A DNA stretch of 64,000 nt from Squalus acanthias (Eukaryota), in contig CM059432.1 of assembly GCA_030390025.1 (NCBI GenBank), positions 25,980,001 through 26,044,000 of the forward strand, written 5' to 3'. The notes under the pieces are model-generated. The model did not search any database, was not told the DNA's origin, and saw only the letters and a program-made list of their open reading frames with translations. Numbering within the stretch: the first letter of the stretch is position 1; each line of letters opens with the position of its first letter. Positions 27,291-39,827 of this stretch are shown here, one piece after another. The position numbers and the translations under genes are program-made.

Positions 27291-27720
27291 AGCACGGTGG
27301 CATAGTGGTTAGCACTGATGCCTCACAGCGCCAGGGACCCGGGTTCGAATCTGACCTCGGGTGACTGTCTGTGTGGAGTTTGCACATTCTCCCCGTGTCT
27401 GCGTGGGTTTCCTCCGGGTGCTCCGGTTTCCTCCCACAGTCCAAAAATGTGCGGGTTAGGTTGATTTGGCTATGATAAATTGACCCTTAGTGTTAGGGGG
27501 GGATTAAATATGTGGGGTTATGGGGATAGGATGGGATATGTTAGGGGGAATTAAATACGTGGGGTTACGGGGGTAGGGTGGGATATGTGTACTGTGGGGA
27601 TTAAAGCAGGGACAGGGTATTGGATTTGGATGATCAGCCATGATCGTATTGAATGGTGGAGCAGGCTCGACGGGCCGAATATCCTACTCCTGCGCCTAGA
27701 TTCTATGTTTTCTATGTTTA
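27291..27720 (+). mobile_element. V-SINE (HE1-like) with CR1-derived tail
   Basis: tRNA head tggcatagtggttagc..gggttcgaatc; V-domain gtggagtttgcacattctccccgtgtctgcgtgggtttcctccgggtgctccggtttcctccca; CR1 3' tail. Confidence 0.9.
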
Positions 27721-27948
27721 CAGAGGAGAATGAGCACATTGGACAGAGTATTTGGAGGTATAAAGGAAAATTGAGAGAAGCAATGATGATAAAAATATCA
27801 ATAAATTAAAACAAGGGTGTAACTGAGAGGTTAGAGGTGCGATGTGAGGATCATCTATCAGATCACAACATCTTCATGAAAGAGGTGCTAAAGAACCTTT
27901 TCCATTATGGGAGTAGTATTCAAATTCTGGACAGGCTTGGGATTTATA

Positions 27949-28781
27949 GGGCAGAATTTTCATTGACCCGTGGAGGCAGGTTTGGAGGCGTGTGGGGTGG
28001 GAAAATAGCAGATTCGGGGGTCCCGAACCCATCCCGCCTCCATGCCAGTTTCACAGGAGGCGGGTACCCGACCTGTGCTGGGAGCCGCCTCCCTGAGGCG
28101 GGAAGGGGATTCGTGCCAATAAACTGCCTGTTAACAGGTAGTTAACAGGCAGTTTTTTGCCTAATCCCTATTTTTAGCCCTGAATTGTGGGCTACCCGAC
28201 GGCTCCAAACCATGCCGTTTTAGCGAGGCAGACTGTGGGTCTGCAGGGGTTGGAGGGGTCGAGATGTCCGGTGGGCAGGTGAGTGATGGGTGCATGTGTG
28301 CAGAGGTAAGTGTGTAAGGTAAGTGTAAAGTGTGGAAAAAAGTTTTACTTACCTTAACTTCCTTCTGCAGGTGTCAGCCCTTCAGGTCTCGGGAGTCAGA
28401 AATCTCACCGGCACAGAAAGCAGAATGGTCGTTTAGCTGTCAAAAACTGCAGCCTCTGCTTTTTGTTCTGCAGAGATATCTAAATCAGCCTGAGAGGAAG
28501 GAATTAACTTAGAGGACAGATTGTCAGTGTTTGACAGCTTCAAGGAGCTGTCAAACGCTGATATTTCATCTGTCAAAAGCTCTTGACACATGAAATGTCA
28601 ATCTGTGACATCACCTGTTGCCGGGTGGCCCTTAATTGGCCTGCTGAGCCCGCTGGGCGGGCTTAACAAGGTCAATCAAGGGAAAATACAGTGGGTTGGC
28701 CACAAGTCGATGGAGGCGGGACTACAACCCAAACAGTGGGAGTCCCGCCTCCATCATGTCCCCATTGACAAAATCCAGCCC
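27949..28781. mobile_element. Harbinger-type MITE
   Basis: TIR gggcagaatttt/aaaatccagccc; TSD ATA/ATA; sister copy at 36934-37740. Confidence 0.85.
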
Positions 28782-29120
28782 ATAGAGTTAAGAGCTGTTG
28801 CCAGGAGATATTTGGCACTAAATAGTAAACAGTTTCTTCAAGGTAGCGTTAGTGAGAATTCCATTTGAGGATAGAGAAGATCACAGATCACCTTAAATAT
28901 CCTACCTTTATTTTAATCCTTGAACTGAACATTCCAACAATTATGGAAGAAAGTAGAATATAAAAGCCCTCTTTTACAGCATTTCACAAACTGTGAATAC
29001 TGCAAAGTAACTTGCATTTTAAAATATATTGAACAAGTGTTGAGATGAGCTTCATGAAGGAAAATTCCTCACAGATTCATTAGCTAGCCAAGAGAATGAG
29101 ACACCAAAACCAGAAACAAT

Positions 29121-30652
29121 GGCCGCAAATTTAATTGCGCTGAGGGGGCAGGTTTGGAGGCGGGACCACTGTCAAAATCGCTAAGATTGACAGTGGGTTG
29201 GAAACCCAGTCAACCCGCCTCCACGTGAGTCTCCCAGGTGTCGGGTCTGTCAGCACAGAACTGACCTGACACCAAGCGGCAGGGGAGACAATTCTGGTAG
29301 TTAAATGGCTTGTTAAGAGCCAATTTAAGAGTCTTTTGAGGCTTACTTGTAATTTTACCTTCTCCCCCACTGGTTACCCGCTGTTCGGGGAACACGCCAA
29401 CTCAACCTGGTGTGTTGAGAGTCTGGTCTGAAGTTTGTGAAAAGATGACAGCTGCAGAATTGGTGTCAAGGATGCCATGTTGCAGATGGTGAGTTTCAGA
29501 GCAAAGAAAATGTTGGTTATTGCATTTTTAATACAGATACAGATTTCTTTAGCTTACAAGTTTTTAAATCCAACTGTATGTCCAGTGCCACCTCATTGGG
29601 AGAACCTCTCTCACCAGTGACAGATAGCTTCTGTTATCTCACCTGCAGCTGCCATCTATTCCAGCAACATCGGAGCCAATTAAACAATCAGACCTTGGTC
29701 CTCCAAATCCTTCCACAATCAGCCCCAACACCACATCACCAACCTTCGCCGCCATCACCTGATGCTGCACTGGACACAGGGCATCAGCCCTTGACAAAAT
29801 TGCTGGCTGGGAGGCCAGCGATGGTATCACCATGGCCAGACTTTCTTCACTTGATGCTGTAAACCCTGGCTGCCACATGATGCGCCAGGTTGACACCATC
29901 CCACACCAGCACCGTGAAGCATCCCTTTAATGTTCAAGCCATTCCATGCACACACATCACTATAGCGGGGCGGTGGGGGGAAGTTATGACTGAACAATCA
30001 CTGGAACTCAGTAAGACACTTCTCAATATGTGCTCAGATCTGTCCAATAAGGGGCACTTTTTGAAAAAGAGATTTCACTGTATGACAACACATTACCAGA
30101 AACTTCACATGGACATTGGCTAAACCTCTCAAATGCCCACCCTTGTGTGTTGTTAGTTGGTAGGCTTGCAGTAGAATGAGAGTGAGTGTGAGGGGTGGCT
30201 CATGAGATGGGGAAGTGATAAAGTAGATAGAGAGGGTTGGGTGGAGGTGCAAGGTAAGTTGGTGTCCTAGGGAGGTCTCTTCCGCCCTTGGAAGGGAAGA
30301 GAACCTCCCTGCTTACTGTGACTCCCTCCATAAGCATATGGAGGGAGTCATTGGAGAGCCTGGGTGCAAGAGTTTACCTTTGTGCAGTGAGTGTCAGTGT
30401 TTTCAGCACCTCAATGCTGTCAAACACTGACAAAATAAAATTGTGCATTGTCCCTTTAAGGAAACCGGCAGATGATGCGTCATCAAATGACGTTACCAGA
30501 CCCACTTCCTGTTAATTGGCCTGTAAGCCCACAGGGCGGGTTTAACAAGGCCAATCAAGGGAAAATCACGTCTGCAGAGCGGAGGCTGCTGGGGGCGGGA
30601 CCCGGAAACCAGCTGACCCGCCCCATCCCGCCTCCTCCATTAAATTCTGGCC
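29121..30652. mobile_element. Harbinger deletion derivative
   Basis: TIR ggccgcaaatttaat/attaaattctggcc; TSD AAT/AAT; internal blocks shared with 35338-36262. Confidence 0.8.
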
Positions 30653-33329
30653 AATATATTCTCTGAAGATCATTATTCATGGTTGTTATTAATTGAATGA
30701 TGGCTAGACATTTTGCGTAGCTGATGCCTCAATTATAAAAGAAATTTTTGAAATGGACGTAGCCTACTGCAGAAAAAATAAAATGGTGGCCTGGTGGCTT
30801 AGACCACTGGTGAAATATGAATCTAGGACATCACTAGATATTATAAATGGTTGGGTATCTGTAATCTGCTTTGAACACATGGCTAGGAACTGAGCTAAGT
30901 TGGTTGCTAAAGTACTGGTTAGGCACAGGCTGGATATGCCGGCTATGAATCTTGGTGGTCCACCAGCTGGTGACTGCCATGCTCTGCCACCTTTTGCCAG
31001 ATTCAGAATTGTTCTGGATATTCAGGAAGTGCTCAGTCTCTACATGGGTCCTGAGCCTCACAAGGAGGGCAGTCTGTGTATTCACATCCAGCTGGTTGTT
31101 AATCCTTCTTATGCAATTCCCTGAAGTGAATTAGAAGGTAATTGTTTCTCTATATATTGGCAGCTCCTTGTAAATTCCTGGTTCCTCCCCAGGTCAGAAA
31201 AAAAACCCAGTAGGAAATGACTGGCTTGTTTTCCACCTGGAACAAATGCATAGTGGACTCAAAACTATTAATATTTGGCTTTGTTTTGAGCTCAGGATGC
31301 AGGGAAGCTGTAATGCACCTTTTGAATTAATTTCCTTTCAGCAAATTTGCAACATTAATACTGTTGCGATTTCCCCTTATCCACTTTTCATCTAGGCATA
31401 AACATAATTTATCCCCCAGCAACGAAAGTCCCAATCCAATTCCATCTTCAATTAAAGAGATCTCACCAACCGTTAAATGTACTTAATTACAGTGTTCACC
31501 AAATCTCATACTTAATCACTACATACCAATATAATTATTATTTTCCAAACAACAGTTGCTCATCATAGGAGAAAAGGACAGCTATTTCACTTGTATGTAG
31601 CACAATACGTCTATTTATTCAGTGTGCGGGGGCAGTTAGTATCTGACAATATGATGTACATGCTAAAGTATTCATAGATGAGAAACAACACACAAGCTGG
31701 AAATCTGAATTAATAACGACTAAAAAAAATCAATGCTGCAGATACTGGACCAGCAAGCAATATCTGATATGAATTGATTTTTACATTGCAACTTGGCATT
31801 AGTTACTAGTGGTATGAGATATACCTGTGGCTTTGGGGGGGGGGGGGGGAGGAAATGGGCAATAGGGGTCAGGTACAGCATAATACAAGGCAGGCAGCAG
31901 CCTGTGTTTGTGAGAAGTGGAGTGTGAACGGACTTCCATCCAATCTGAACCTCGTCCCATTTTCCTGGGACATTAATTACGTATTCAGAACAGGCTCCCA
32001 GCGCTAATGGTGTCTCATTGGGAGTTCGCCCATCACGGAGAGGAGAATCAAGTGCTGCTGCAGTGTTTCATTTGATGTCGCTGCATTAAGGGGCAGACCA
32101 ACAACTGGGCAAAACTGAGTCTCCCGTTGTGCTGCAGAAAATGAAGATGGATAGGGGCTGGAAGAAAAGTCTAGACAAAAATTACTTGTTCGAAGTCTTG
32201 AGCTTATATGCTACTTGGCTCCTGTCCCCAAAAGACTGAACATCTATTCAATACTAGCATCCCCCCCACCCCAAGACAGATCTTGGGCAGAAATGTGAAT
32301 AAATGGCTTGGAGACCCAAGTTCTGCTCACTCACATCATTTATATTCAGCAAGGTGAACTATGGGCAAGTGGCAAGATTGACCCAAAAGAGAGTGTAGTC
32401 AAATTCTGGTGGCTTTTATCATAGGCAAGGATTCAGAGAGAGGCTTCCAAGCCTCATTTTCCTCTATTATGTGACCTGATACCATGAGAACAGGCAGTAT
32501 TCAGAAGGAAAATCCAGGCCAAGATAAGTTTAACCATGTATAGATAGAAGTTAGACAGATGCTCTACTTTGCTCCAATTTAAAAAAAATCCTCTTCATGA
32601 TTTGAGTTTCTGTAAGATTCTAGATCATGAACTTTGCAAATCAATGCTTGGAAATAGAGACGGGTTTGATTTCTTCATTTGTTGAGTTTCCTATCTCTGC
32701 AGTGTTGCGTGGAGATGGTGATTGGAGACCAGGCATTTTTTGAGCCAGGGAGTGAAAATTAGAATTAGTATCAAATATGCTCTTATGCACTAAGGACAGC
32801 ACTGATGAGGCCTGTTTCCCCATCAACTGTAGTTGGCAAGTGGCTTGTTTGTGAAGCTGGGCTAAGGTGAAGTTTTCTGAACCAAACTTTAGGAAATAAT
32901 CAATGGATTTCACTCCTCAATTGTTAGCTGCCATCGACTCACATGATTAATAGTCTGCAGCGTACTATTACTGTAGTGCTGGCTAATGCCACGCAAAGCA
33001 ATTCCAGACTACACATACATCATTAAAGGGCATGCACTACCATCAGTCAGATGTTGAAACATGAGAGGTTCAACAAAATATTGAAACAGAAGGTCATCTT
33101 CATTCAGCTTCGAAAACTACAAAGACCAGGAAACAGATTTTTGCAGCCTCTCAATTAAATGCCACAATTAGCACAGCATTTATGCCAATATGCTGTATAA
33201 ATGCTAAGGAGCCACAAATGGTCCACAGTACATGAGCTCATCTCCCTTGCTCCTTCTAAGCACCAAGTACACCGTCCTATTCACATTTTCTCTTACATGC
33301 GTCTGAATTGAGAGCCAATTCATTAACTC

Positions 33330-33900
33330 ATTCTTTCCCAAGAACAACTTGCAACTATATAGTGCCTTTACCTCATCAAAGCATCCCAGCATACTTCACA
33401 AAACGGCAGAGAAAAAAACACCATGAAGGGAATGAGAAGAATTAAGGGTGGTGACCAAAGGTGTGGTTGAGGAGATAGGATTTGAGAGGCTCTTGAAGAA
33501 GAGCAGACATGCAACCAAGAAGAGGGGTTTAGGGTGCAGGGTATGATGGCTCTGACACCTGTGGTGAGGGAAGGCTAAGATGCAAAGTGGTCCAGAGAAG
33601 AGCACAAACTACAAGCTGAAACAAAAGAGATTGCAGGGGGAGGGTGGAGTGACATTAAGGGTATTTATAAATAATGTATTGGGTGATGGGGAGCTAGGGC
33701 AATTCAGTGAGGACAGGGGGAAAATAGTGAGCAGGACTCAGTAAGAATAAAAGTTGCAAGTAGCAGAGTTGTGGATGAGTAGAGTTCATAAGACTGGCAG
33801 GAAGAACATTGTAGAAGCTGGGCCTGAAAGTGAGAAGTGTGGTTGGGATGGAGGTGGAAATAAATGAACTTGGTGATCGACTGGGTATTCACATAATGGA
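33330..33900 (-). mobile_element. highly degenerate L2 fragment
   Basis: acaacttgcaactatatagtgccttt tail remnant followed by purine-rich L2-like body; similar remnant at ~7980-8500. Confidence 0.5.
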
Positions 33901-34564
33901 ATGGCACTTCTCAACTTATCTCAGTTGGAAAAGGGATTGGCAGAGACAAAGCTACAACTATCTTCCCTTCCTTCTATAATTTACACACTTTTAGAACCCA
34001 AGCTCGCTTGGTGTCACCTAAGAAATATCCCATGTCTTCTCCTACTCTTTTCAATCTTGGTTAGTGTCCTGCACCATAGGCCGAGGCTTTTCACCTGGGT
34101 TTTGTGGATGTACAATATTATCAGATTATTGTTGCAGGAGAAAATAAGTGATAGAGACTTGTCACCAAGGCAGGAAGGAGATAGAGCTAGGCTGAGCAAG
34201 TCCCGTCAGTAGAGTGAGCTTAATTGGATGAACGGCCATTTCTTATTCCTAACTATTACATTTACTACATCATTTACTACGACAGTACATTACAGAAACT
34301 CAAGATATTTTTGAGGCTTCTCGTTTCCAATTTAACTCCTTTAGCGTTACTATGGATGTACACAATTAAAACACTAAATATCCAGATCTGCTCACTTGTG
34401 ATAAATTTTCCGTTTCTACTTCAAAAGAGGCAAATATACGGTGGAAACCAAAATGCTATTGTATCAACTGGTTTCTAAGTGTGTTATAACTTCTTAAAAT
34501 ATTTTATAAAATTTAAAATAGAAAAGAACTAGTGTAGAGTGACAGATGAGATTCAAGTAAATAA

Positions 34565-34771
34565 TGCAAAACACAAGAACTGCTTTAATTAAAAAAATTA
34601 AATGTACAGATATATTTACAATTTTACAATCTTCAAAAGTTCACAGTTTCAATTTATACGAGGAAGCAAAAATGAAGTAGGATGTTCATTTCTGTAAGAT
34701 GACTGCCATTCTGTGGACTGCTGTGCTGCTCGGCTTCATTTTAACCAGTGACAGGTCAAAAGCACAGTCTC
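34565..34771 (-). other. candidate downstream alternative terminal exon of the KHDRBS gene
   Basis: Acceptor ttatttgtccttcaacAG|G (AG at 34773-34772); ATTAAA at 34589-34584 followed by a GU/U-rich tract; unique sequence; no transcript data. Confidence 0.45.
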
Positions 34772-35019
34772 CTGTTGAAGGACAAATAATGATCTTTATT
34801 TCTGGTACATTTTGAGTTGTTCTTTTTAGTAAATACAAATCACCAGAGGTTACCTTTACCTGCTGCTTTCAGCAACTTGAAAACATTTCAGTTCCTATTC
34901 CAAAATCAATTCTTGTATTCTATTTACTTGGCATTGCGATCCCCAAGTAAAACATTCATTAGCTACTATAAAATTACTGTTGGATGCATGATCCACATCT
35001 GACTTAAAATACAACAAAA

Positions 35020-36460
35020 AAATTTTTTTGGGATGTGGGGGTCGCTGGCAAGGCCCGCATTTATCGCCTATCCTTAGTTATCCTGAGAAAGTAGTAGTGG
35101 GCTTTCTTTGTAGTGGTTTAATACAACTGGGTGGCTTGCTATGCCACTTCAGACAGCAGTTAAGAGTCAACCATGTTGGTGTGGGACTGGAGTGATATAT
35201 AGGCCAGACCAAGTAAGGACAGCATGGTTCCTTCCCAAAAGACACATTAGTGAACCAGTTGGGTTTTTATGACAATCCGACAGTTTCATGGTCACGTAAA
35301 TTTTTACTTTGTGCGATAGTGTAAAACGGGAGATATTGGGGGGAATTTTGCTGGCGCTCAGGGGGCGGGTTTGGAGGCGGGACATCTGGCAAAATCGCAA
35401 AGATGTACAGCGGGTCGGAAACCCGCCTCCAGGCAATCTTCCCAGGTGTCGGGTCCCCGATTTGCGCAGGGACCCGACACCTAGCGGCGGGAGGAGGATT
35501 ATAGGCACTTAACTGCTTGTTAACAGGTTGTTAACGGGCAGTTAAGAGGCTTTTTTCAATTTTGACATGTCTACTGCAGGCTTCCCGACGTCTGGACACC
35601 ACGCCAGGTAAGTGTGGTGTGCTGTGGGTCTACTGTAATGTTTGTGCATTGATGACAGCTGCAGAAGTGGTGTGAAGGATCCAATGGTACACTGGTGAGT
35701 TTCAGAGGTAAGAAAATGTTGGGAAAATCATTTTTAATGTATTTAGACTTTTCTGTAGGTGACAAGTTTTGAATTGTTTGTGTAGTCCCATCTCATTGGG
35801 AGAACCTCTCTCACCAGTGACAGATCGCTTCTGTAACCTCACCTGTAGCTGCCATCTGTTCTAGCCTAAGGAGGGAGTCACTGGAGAGCCTGGGGGTAAG
35901 GGCTCACCTTTGTACAGTGATTATCAGTGTTTGCAGCACATCAATGCTGTCAAACACTGAAAAATCAGCTGTCAAAAAAAAGTGTGTGTGGCCCCTTTAA
36001 GAAAACGGCAGATGACGCGTCATCAACTGACGTCATCTGACACCGGCTTCCTCTTAATTGGAGGCGGGACATCTGGCAAAATCACAAAGATTGACAGCGG
36101 GTCAGAAACCCGCTGTCAACCCGCCTCCAGACAATCTTCGCAGGGCGGGCTTAACAAGGCCAATTGACGCAAAATCGCGTCTGTGCATCGTTGGGGGCGG
36201 GGCTGGAACCCGGAAGGCAGCTGTCCCGCCCCCAAGCTGCATCGACCGGTAAAATCGAGCTCATTGAGTCTGCAGCCCGTTTTACTTCTCTCCCGATTTT
36301 GACTTCAATAGAAATAAAAATCGTGAGGCATGTAAAACTGGCTGCTGATTCACTATCATCTGTTTTACACTGTCGCAAGATCTACCCCATGTTCTCTAGA
36401 TTATTATTCCAGGCCTCCGGATTACTGGTCCAGTAACATAACCACTAAAATACCGTACAC
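35020..36460 (-). mobile_element. tRNA-SINE interrupted by a small MITE (~35296-36388), itself interrupted by a MITE at 35338-36262
   Basis: SINE halves match 42155-42585; inner TIR ggggggaattttgc/ggtaaaatcgagctc with ATT/ATT; outer arms gcgatagtgtaaaac/gttttacactgtcgc. Confidence 0.72.
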
Positions 36461-36933
36461 CCTTGTAGTGTTTATTGACAGTTCTTTTAGAATAGAGAAC
36501 AGAAAATATTCTTCTGTGTTCCACAAAAACAGAAAAGAGATATTGTAGATTTTTTGATGGGGCCTCTCATTAAGAGTTCAGGCAGTGCATTATTAACATC
36601 TGCCCAACGATTAGTGTGCTGACCATGCCCTATTTTCCTGTTCACTGTCATTTACAGCATTAAGGCGCTAATAGTCAATATTGGGCTTGACATTAAAGAA
36701 ACCAGAGGTGGGGGAAATTGCATAAAAGCAGCCCTGAAATAGGTGCTGAGTAAATTTAAAGCCACCCAGCCACTAAAAGGTAAATGGCCACGTACAAGAA
36801 TACAAACATTGGTAGTCTTTACAAAAGCATCTAAGATTATTGATGTATATTTCAGCCTTTGCAAAGGTTGAATAACAAAAAAGTCTGGAAAAATCCATTG
36901 ATTGGTATAATAGATGTGGAGGCAGAAAACTGA

Positions 36934-37740
36934 GGGGGCGATTTTGCCAGCCCTGGGGAGGCGGGTTTGGAGGCGGGACTGCTGGGAAAATGGCAGAATC
37001 TGGGGGCGGGTACCCATCCCGTCCCCAACCCGCCTCAGTGCCATCTTCCCAGGAGGCGGATAGCCGACCCGCGCTGGGCCCCGTCTCCTGGAGGCGGGAA
37101 GGGGATTACAGCCACTTAACTGCCTGTTAACAGGAGGAAGTTAACAGGCAGTTAAGAGGATTATCCCCATTTTTCCACCAGAGGCGCGGGCTTCCCGACG
37201 TCGGGAAACCCCACCAGGGTCACCCAGGCGAGCAGTGGGTCTGCGAGGGCCGGAGGGGTGCAAAGGTGCGCTGTGGAGGTAAGTGATGGGTGCAATTGTG
37301 GAGAGGTAAGTATGTGAGGTGAGTGGAAAGTGATAGAAAATGTTTATTTACCTTTGTTTCTTCCTGCAGGCTTCAACCGCTGGGGATGCGGAGAGTCTCG
37401 CATCTCACCGGCAGAGATGACAGATGGCTGCTGCATTCTCTGATGCAACAACCATCTAATTTCTGCTCACAAAAGAGGTTTGATGAGTCTTGAATACAAG
37501 AACTCATCAAACAACAGAGAACGTCAGTGTTTGACAGCTTCAAAAACAGTGAAATGTCATACACTGATGTTCTCTGTAACCAGCTTCCCCTTAATTGGCC
37601 TGCTAAGCCCGCTGGGCGGGCTTAACAAGGTCAATCAAGGGAAAATAGGGTGGGTTGTCCACAAGTCGATGGAGGCGGGACTAAAACCTGACAAGTGGGA
37701 GTCCCGCCTCCAAAAGCTCCCCATTGACAAAATCCAGCCC
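36934..37740. mobile_element. Harbinger-type MITE, sister of 27949-28781
   Basis: TIR gggggcgattttg/caaaatccagccc; TSD TGA/TGA. Confidence 0.85.
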
Positions 37741-37892
37741 TGAGTCTCTTCTCAAACGATGGAATGGCACAACACTCCAACCCTTGTTTGATGGGTAGTG
37801 AAGTGGTGGTGGTGGTGGTGCAGAATGATGTGTCACCGAACGGGTAATGCTGTTTGCCACTCCAAGGCAATCTCCTCAGAGAACAGCATACC

Positions 37893-38440
37893 CTGGAAGA
37901 ACATAGGAACAGGAGTAGGCCATTTAGCCCTTCAAGCCTGTTCCGCCATTTAATTATATCACTCCATCTAGCTGCCTTGGTTCCATGTACCTGAATACCC
38001 GCGCCTAACAAAAATCTATCAATCTCAGTTTTCAATTGACCTGGCCTCAACAGCTTTTTGGGGGAGATATTTCCAGATTCCCACTAAGCCTTTGTGTGAA
38101 GAAGTGCTTCTTAACATCACCCCTGAACGGCCTAGCTCTAATTTTAAGGTTATACCTCCTTGTACTGGACTCATCCAACAGACAAAATAGTTTCTCTCTC
38201 TCTACCCCATCAAATCATTTAATCATCTTAAATAGATCATCCCTTAATCCTCCATATTCAAGGGAATACAAGCCTAGTCTATGAAATCTGTCCTCATAAT
38301 TTAACTCTTTTAGCCTTGGTATCATTCTGGTGAATTTGCGCTGCACCCCCTCCAAGGCCAATACAGTATATCCTTCCTGAGGTGCAGTGCCCAGAACTAA
38401 ACACAGTACTCCAGATGTGGTCTAACCAGAGCTTTATACA
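37893..38440 (-). mobile_element. CR1 3' fragment
   Basis: Reverse-complement CR1 tail gaacataggaacaggagtaggcc and LVRPHLEYC remnant. Confidence 0.8.
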
Positions 38441-38759
38441 CCACTAATGGAATGTAGCGGGAGAGCACTTGAGGCTGTAGCCAATTGTTACTACCAATGG
38501 TAGTGCCAGCCCTATAATGCATGCAAACTGCAGGTAAACTTGCAGCAGATGCCATAGCTCTGCATTTGGGTGCCTACTACCTGTGTAGCCAATTTCACAC
38601 AGTCGCTGCCAGGTAGGCCTGTAAATGGTGATCTGGGGAAAATGGCATTCTGCCTCTGATGCAGCCTGACCTGCCTGGCATCCCTTCATTGGCCTTTCTC
38701 TTCTTCCTCCAAAAACAATGGGGAATTCCCATTGAGAAACCCATTATCTTAATTCCACT

Positions 38760-39192
38760 AACAACAATAGCAACCTGTATTTATATAGCACCTTTAATGT
38801 AGTGAAACATCCCAAGGTGCTTCACAGGAGCGTTATCAAACAAAATTTGACACCGAGCCACATAAGCAGTATTAGGGCAGATGACCAAAAGCTTAATCAA
38901 AGAGGTAGGTTTTAAGGAGGGTCTTAAAAGGAAGAAAGAGAGGTAGAGAAGCAGAGAGGTTTAGGGATGGAATTCCTGAGCTTAGGTCAATGGCAGCTGA
39001 AGGCACGGCTGCCAATAGTGGAGCGATTACAATTGGGGATGCACAAGAGGCCAGAGTTGGAGGAGCGCAGATATCTTAGAGGGTTGTAGGGCTGGAGGAG
39101 ATTACAGAGATAGGGAGCGGCGAGGCCATGGAGGGATTTGAAAACAAGGATGAGAATTTTAAAACTGAGGCGTTGCTTAACCAAGAGCCAAT
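38760..39192 (-). mobile_element. L2-clade LINE 3' fragment
   Basis: VKQRLSFKILILVFKSLHGLAAPYL; same family as 11695-12175. Confidence 0.87.
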
Positions 39193-39649
39193 GTACGTCA
39201 CACTAACGCACCAAAATAATAGCAGTGTCAAAACACTTGGCACAAAGGCTCCAGACCAAATAAGTGAAAACAGGAAAGGAAACGCAAGATTAAAGTGTTT
39301 GGAAATAGCTTCAGAAATGTTGCTACAAATCTCTCTATAGGGCTTCATAAACAGCACATCGGTCAGCCCTGGGATGGATGAGTCCTATATTGGTGTAAAC
39401 ACTGGGAAATTGTGTGGACATCTAAATAACGTAAAGGGGGCTAATTTTAATATAAATAACCAGAAACTGGTTGGATGTGGTGCTAAATAAGTGGAAATTT
39501 ATTGCAACAGAGATCCACACACCTTTCATTTAGTACACCCACTTTGTGCCATTAAATAATCCTAAAGTAAGCATACATTCCGTTGTAGAAGTTAGTTATT
39601 TTTATTATTACACATGACTGGGTTTTATATACAATGCATTTGAATTTTA

Positions 39650-39827
39650 TATATATTGTAGTTTTCTGGCTTTATTATAAAATGAGTGAACGCGGCAGGG
39701 GAAAAGAAACTGTTTTTGTAGTGAAGTGATAACACAAGCCATCATCCAGCAATACGCAAATCTGAAACAGTAATTCTATTTTTGTGAAAATGTCAGCCAC
39801 TGTGTTCAGAATATATAAAAATATAGA
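39650..39827 (-). other. second candidate downstream terminal exon
   Basis: Acceptor ccttatttctctcccccctacAG|T (AG at 39829-39828); AATAAA at 39676-39671. Confidence 0.35.

Noticed and set aside
31835..31849. Poly-G run
   Set aside because: Simple homopolymer within a degenerate repeat; may be length-unstable or an assembly artefact.
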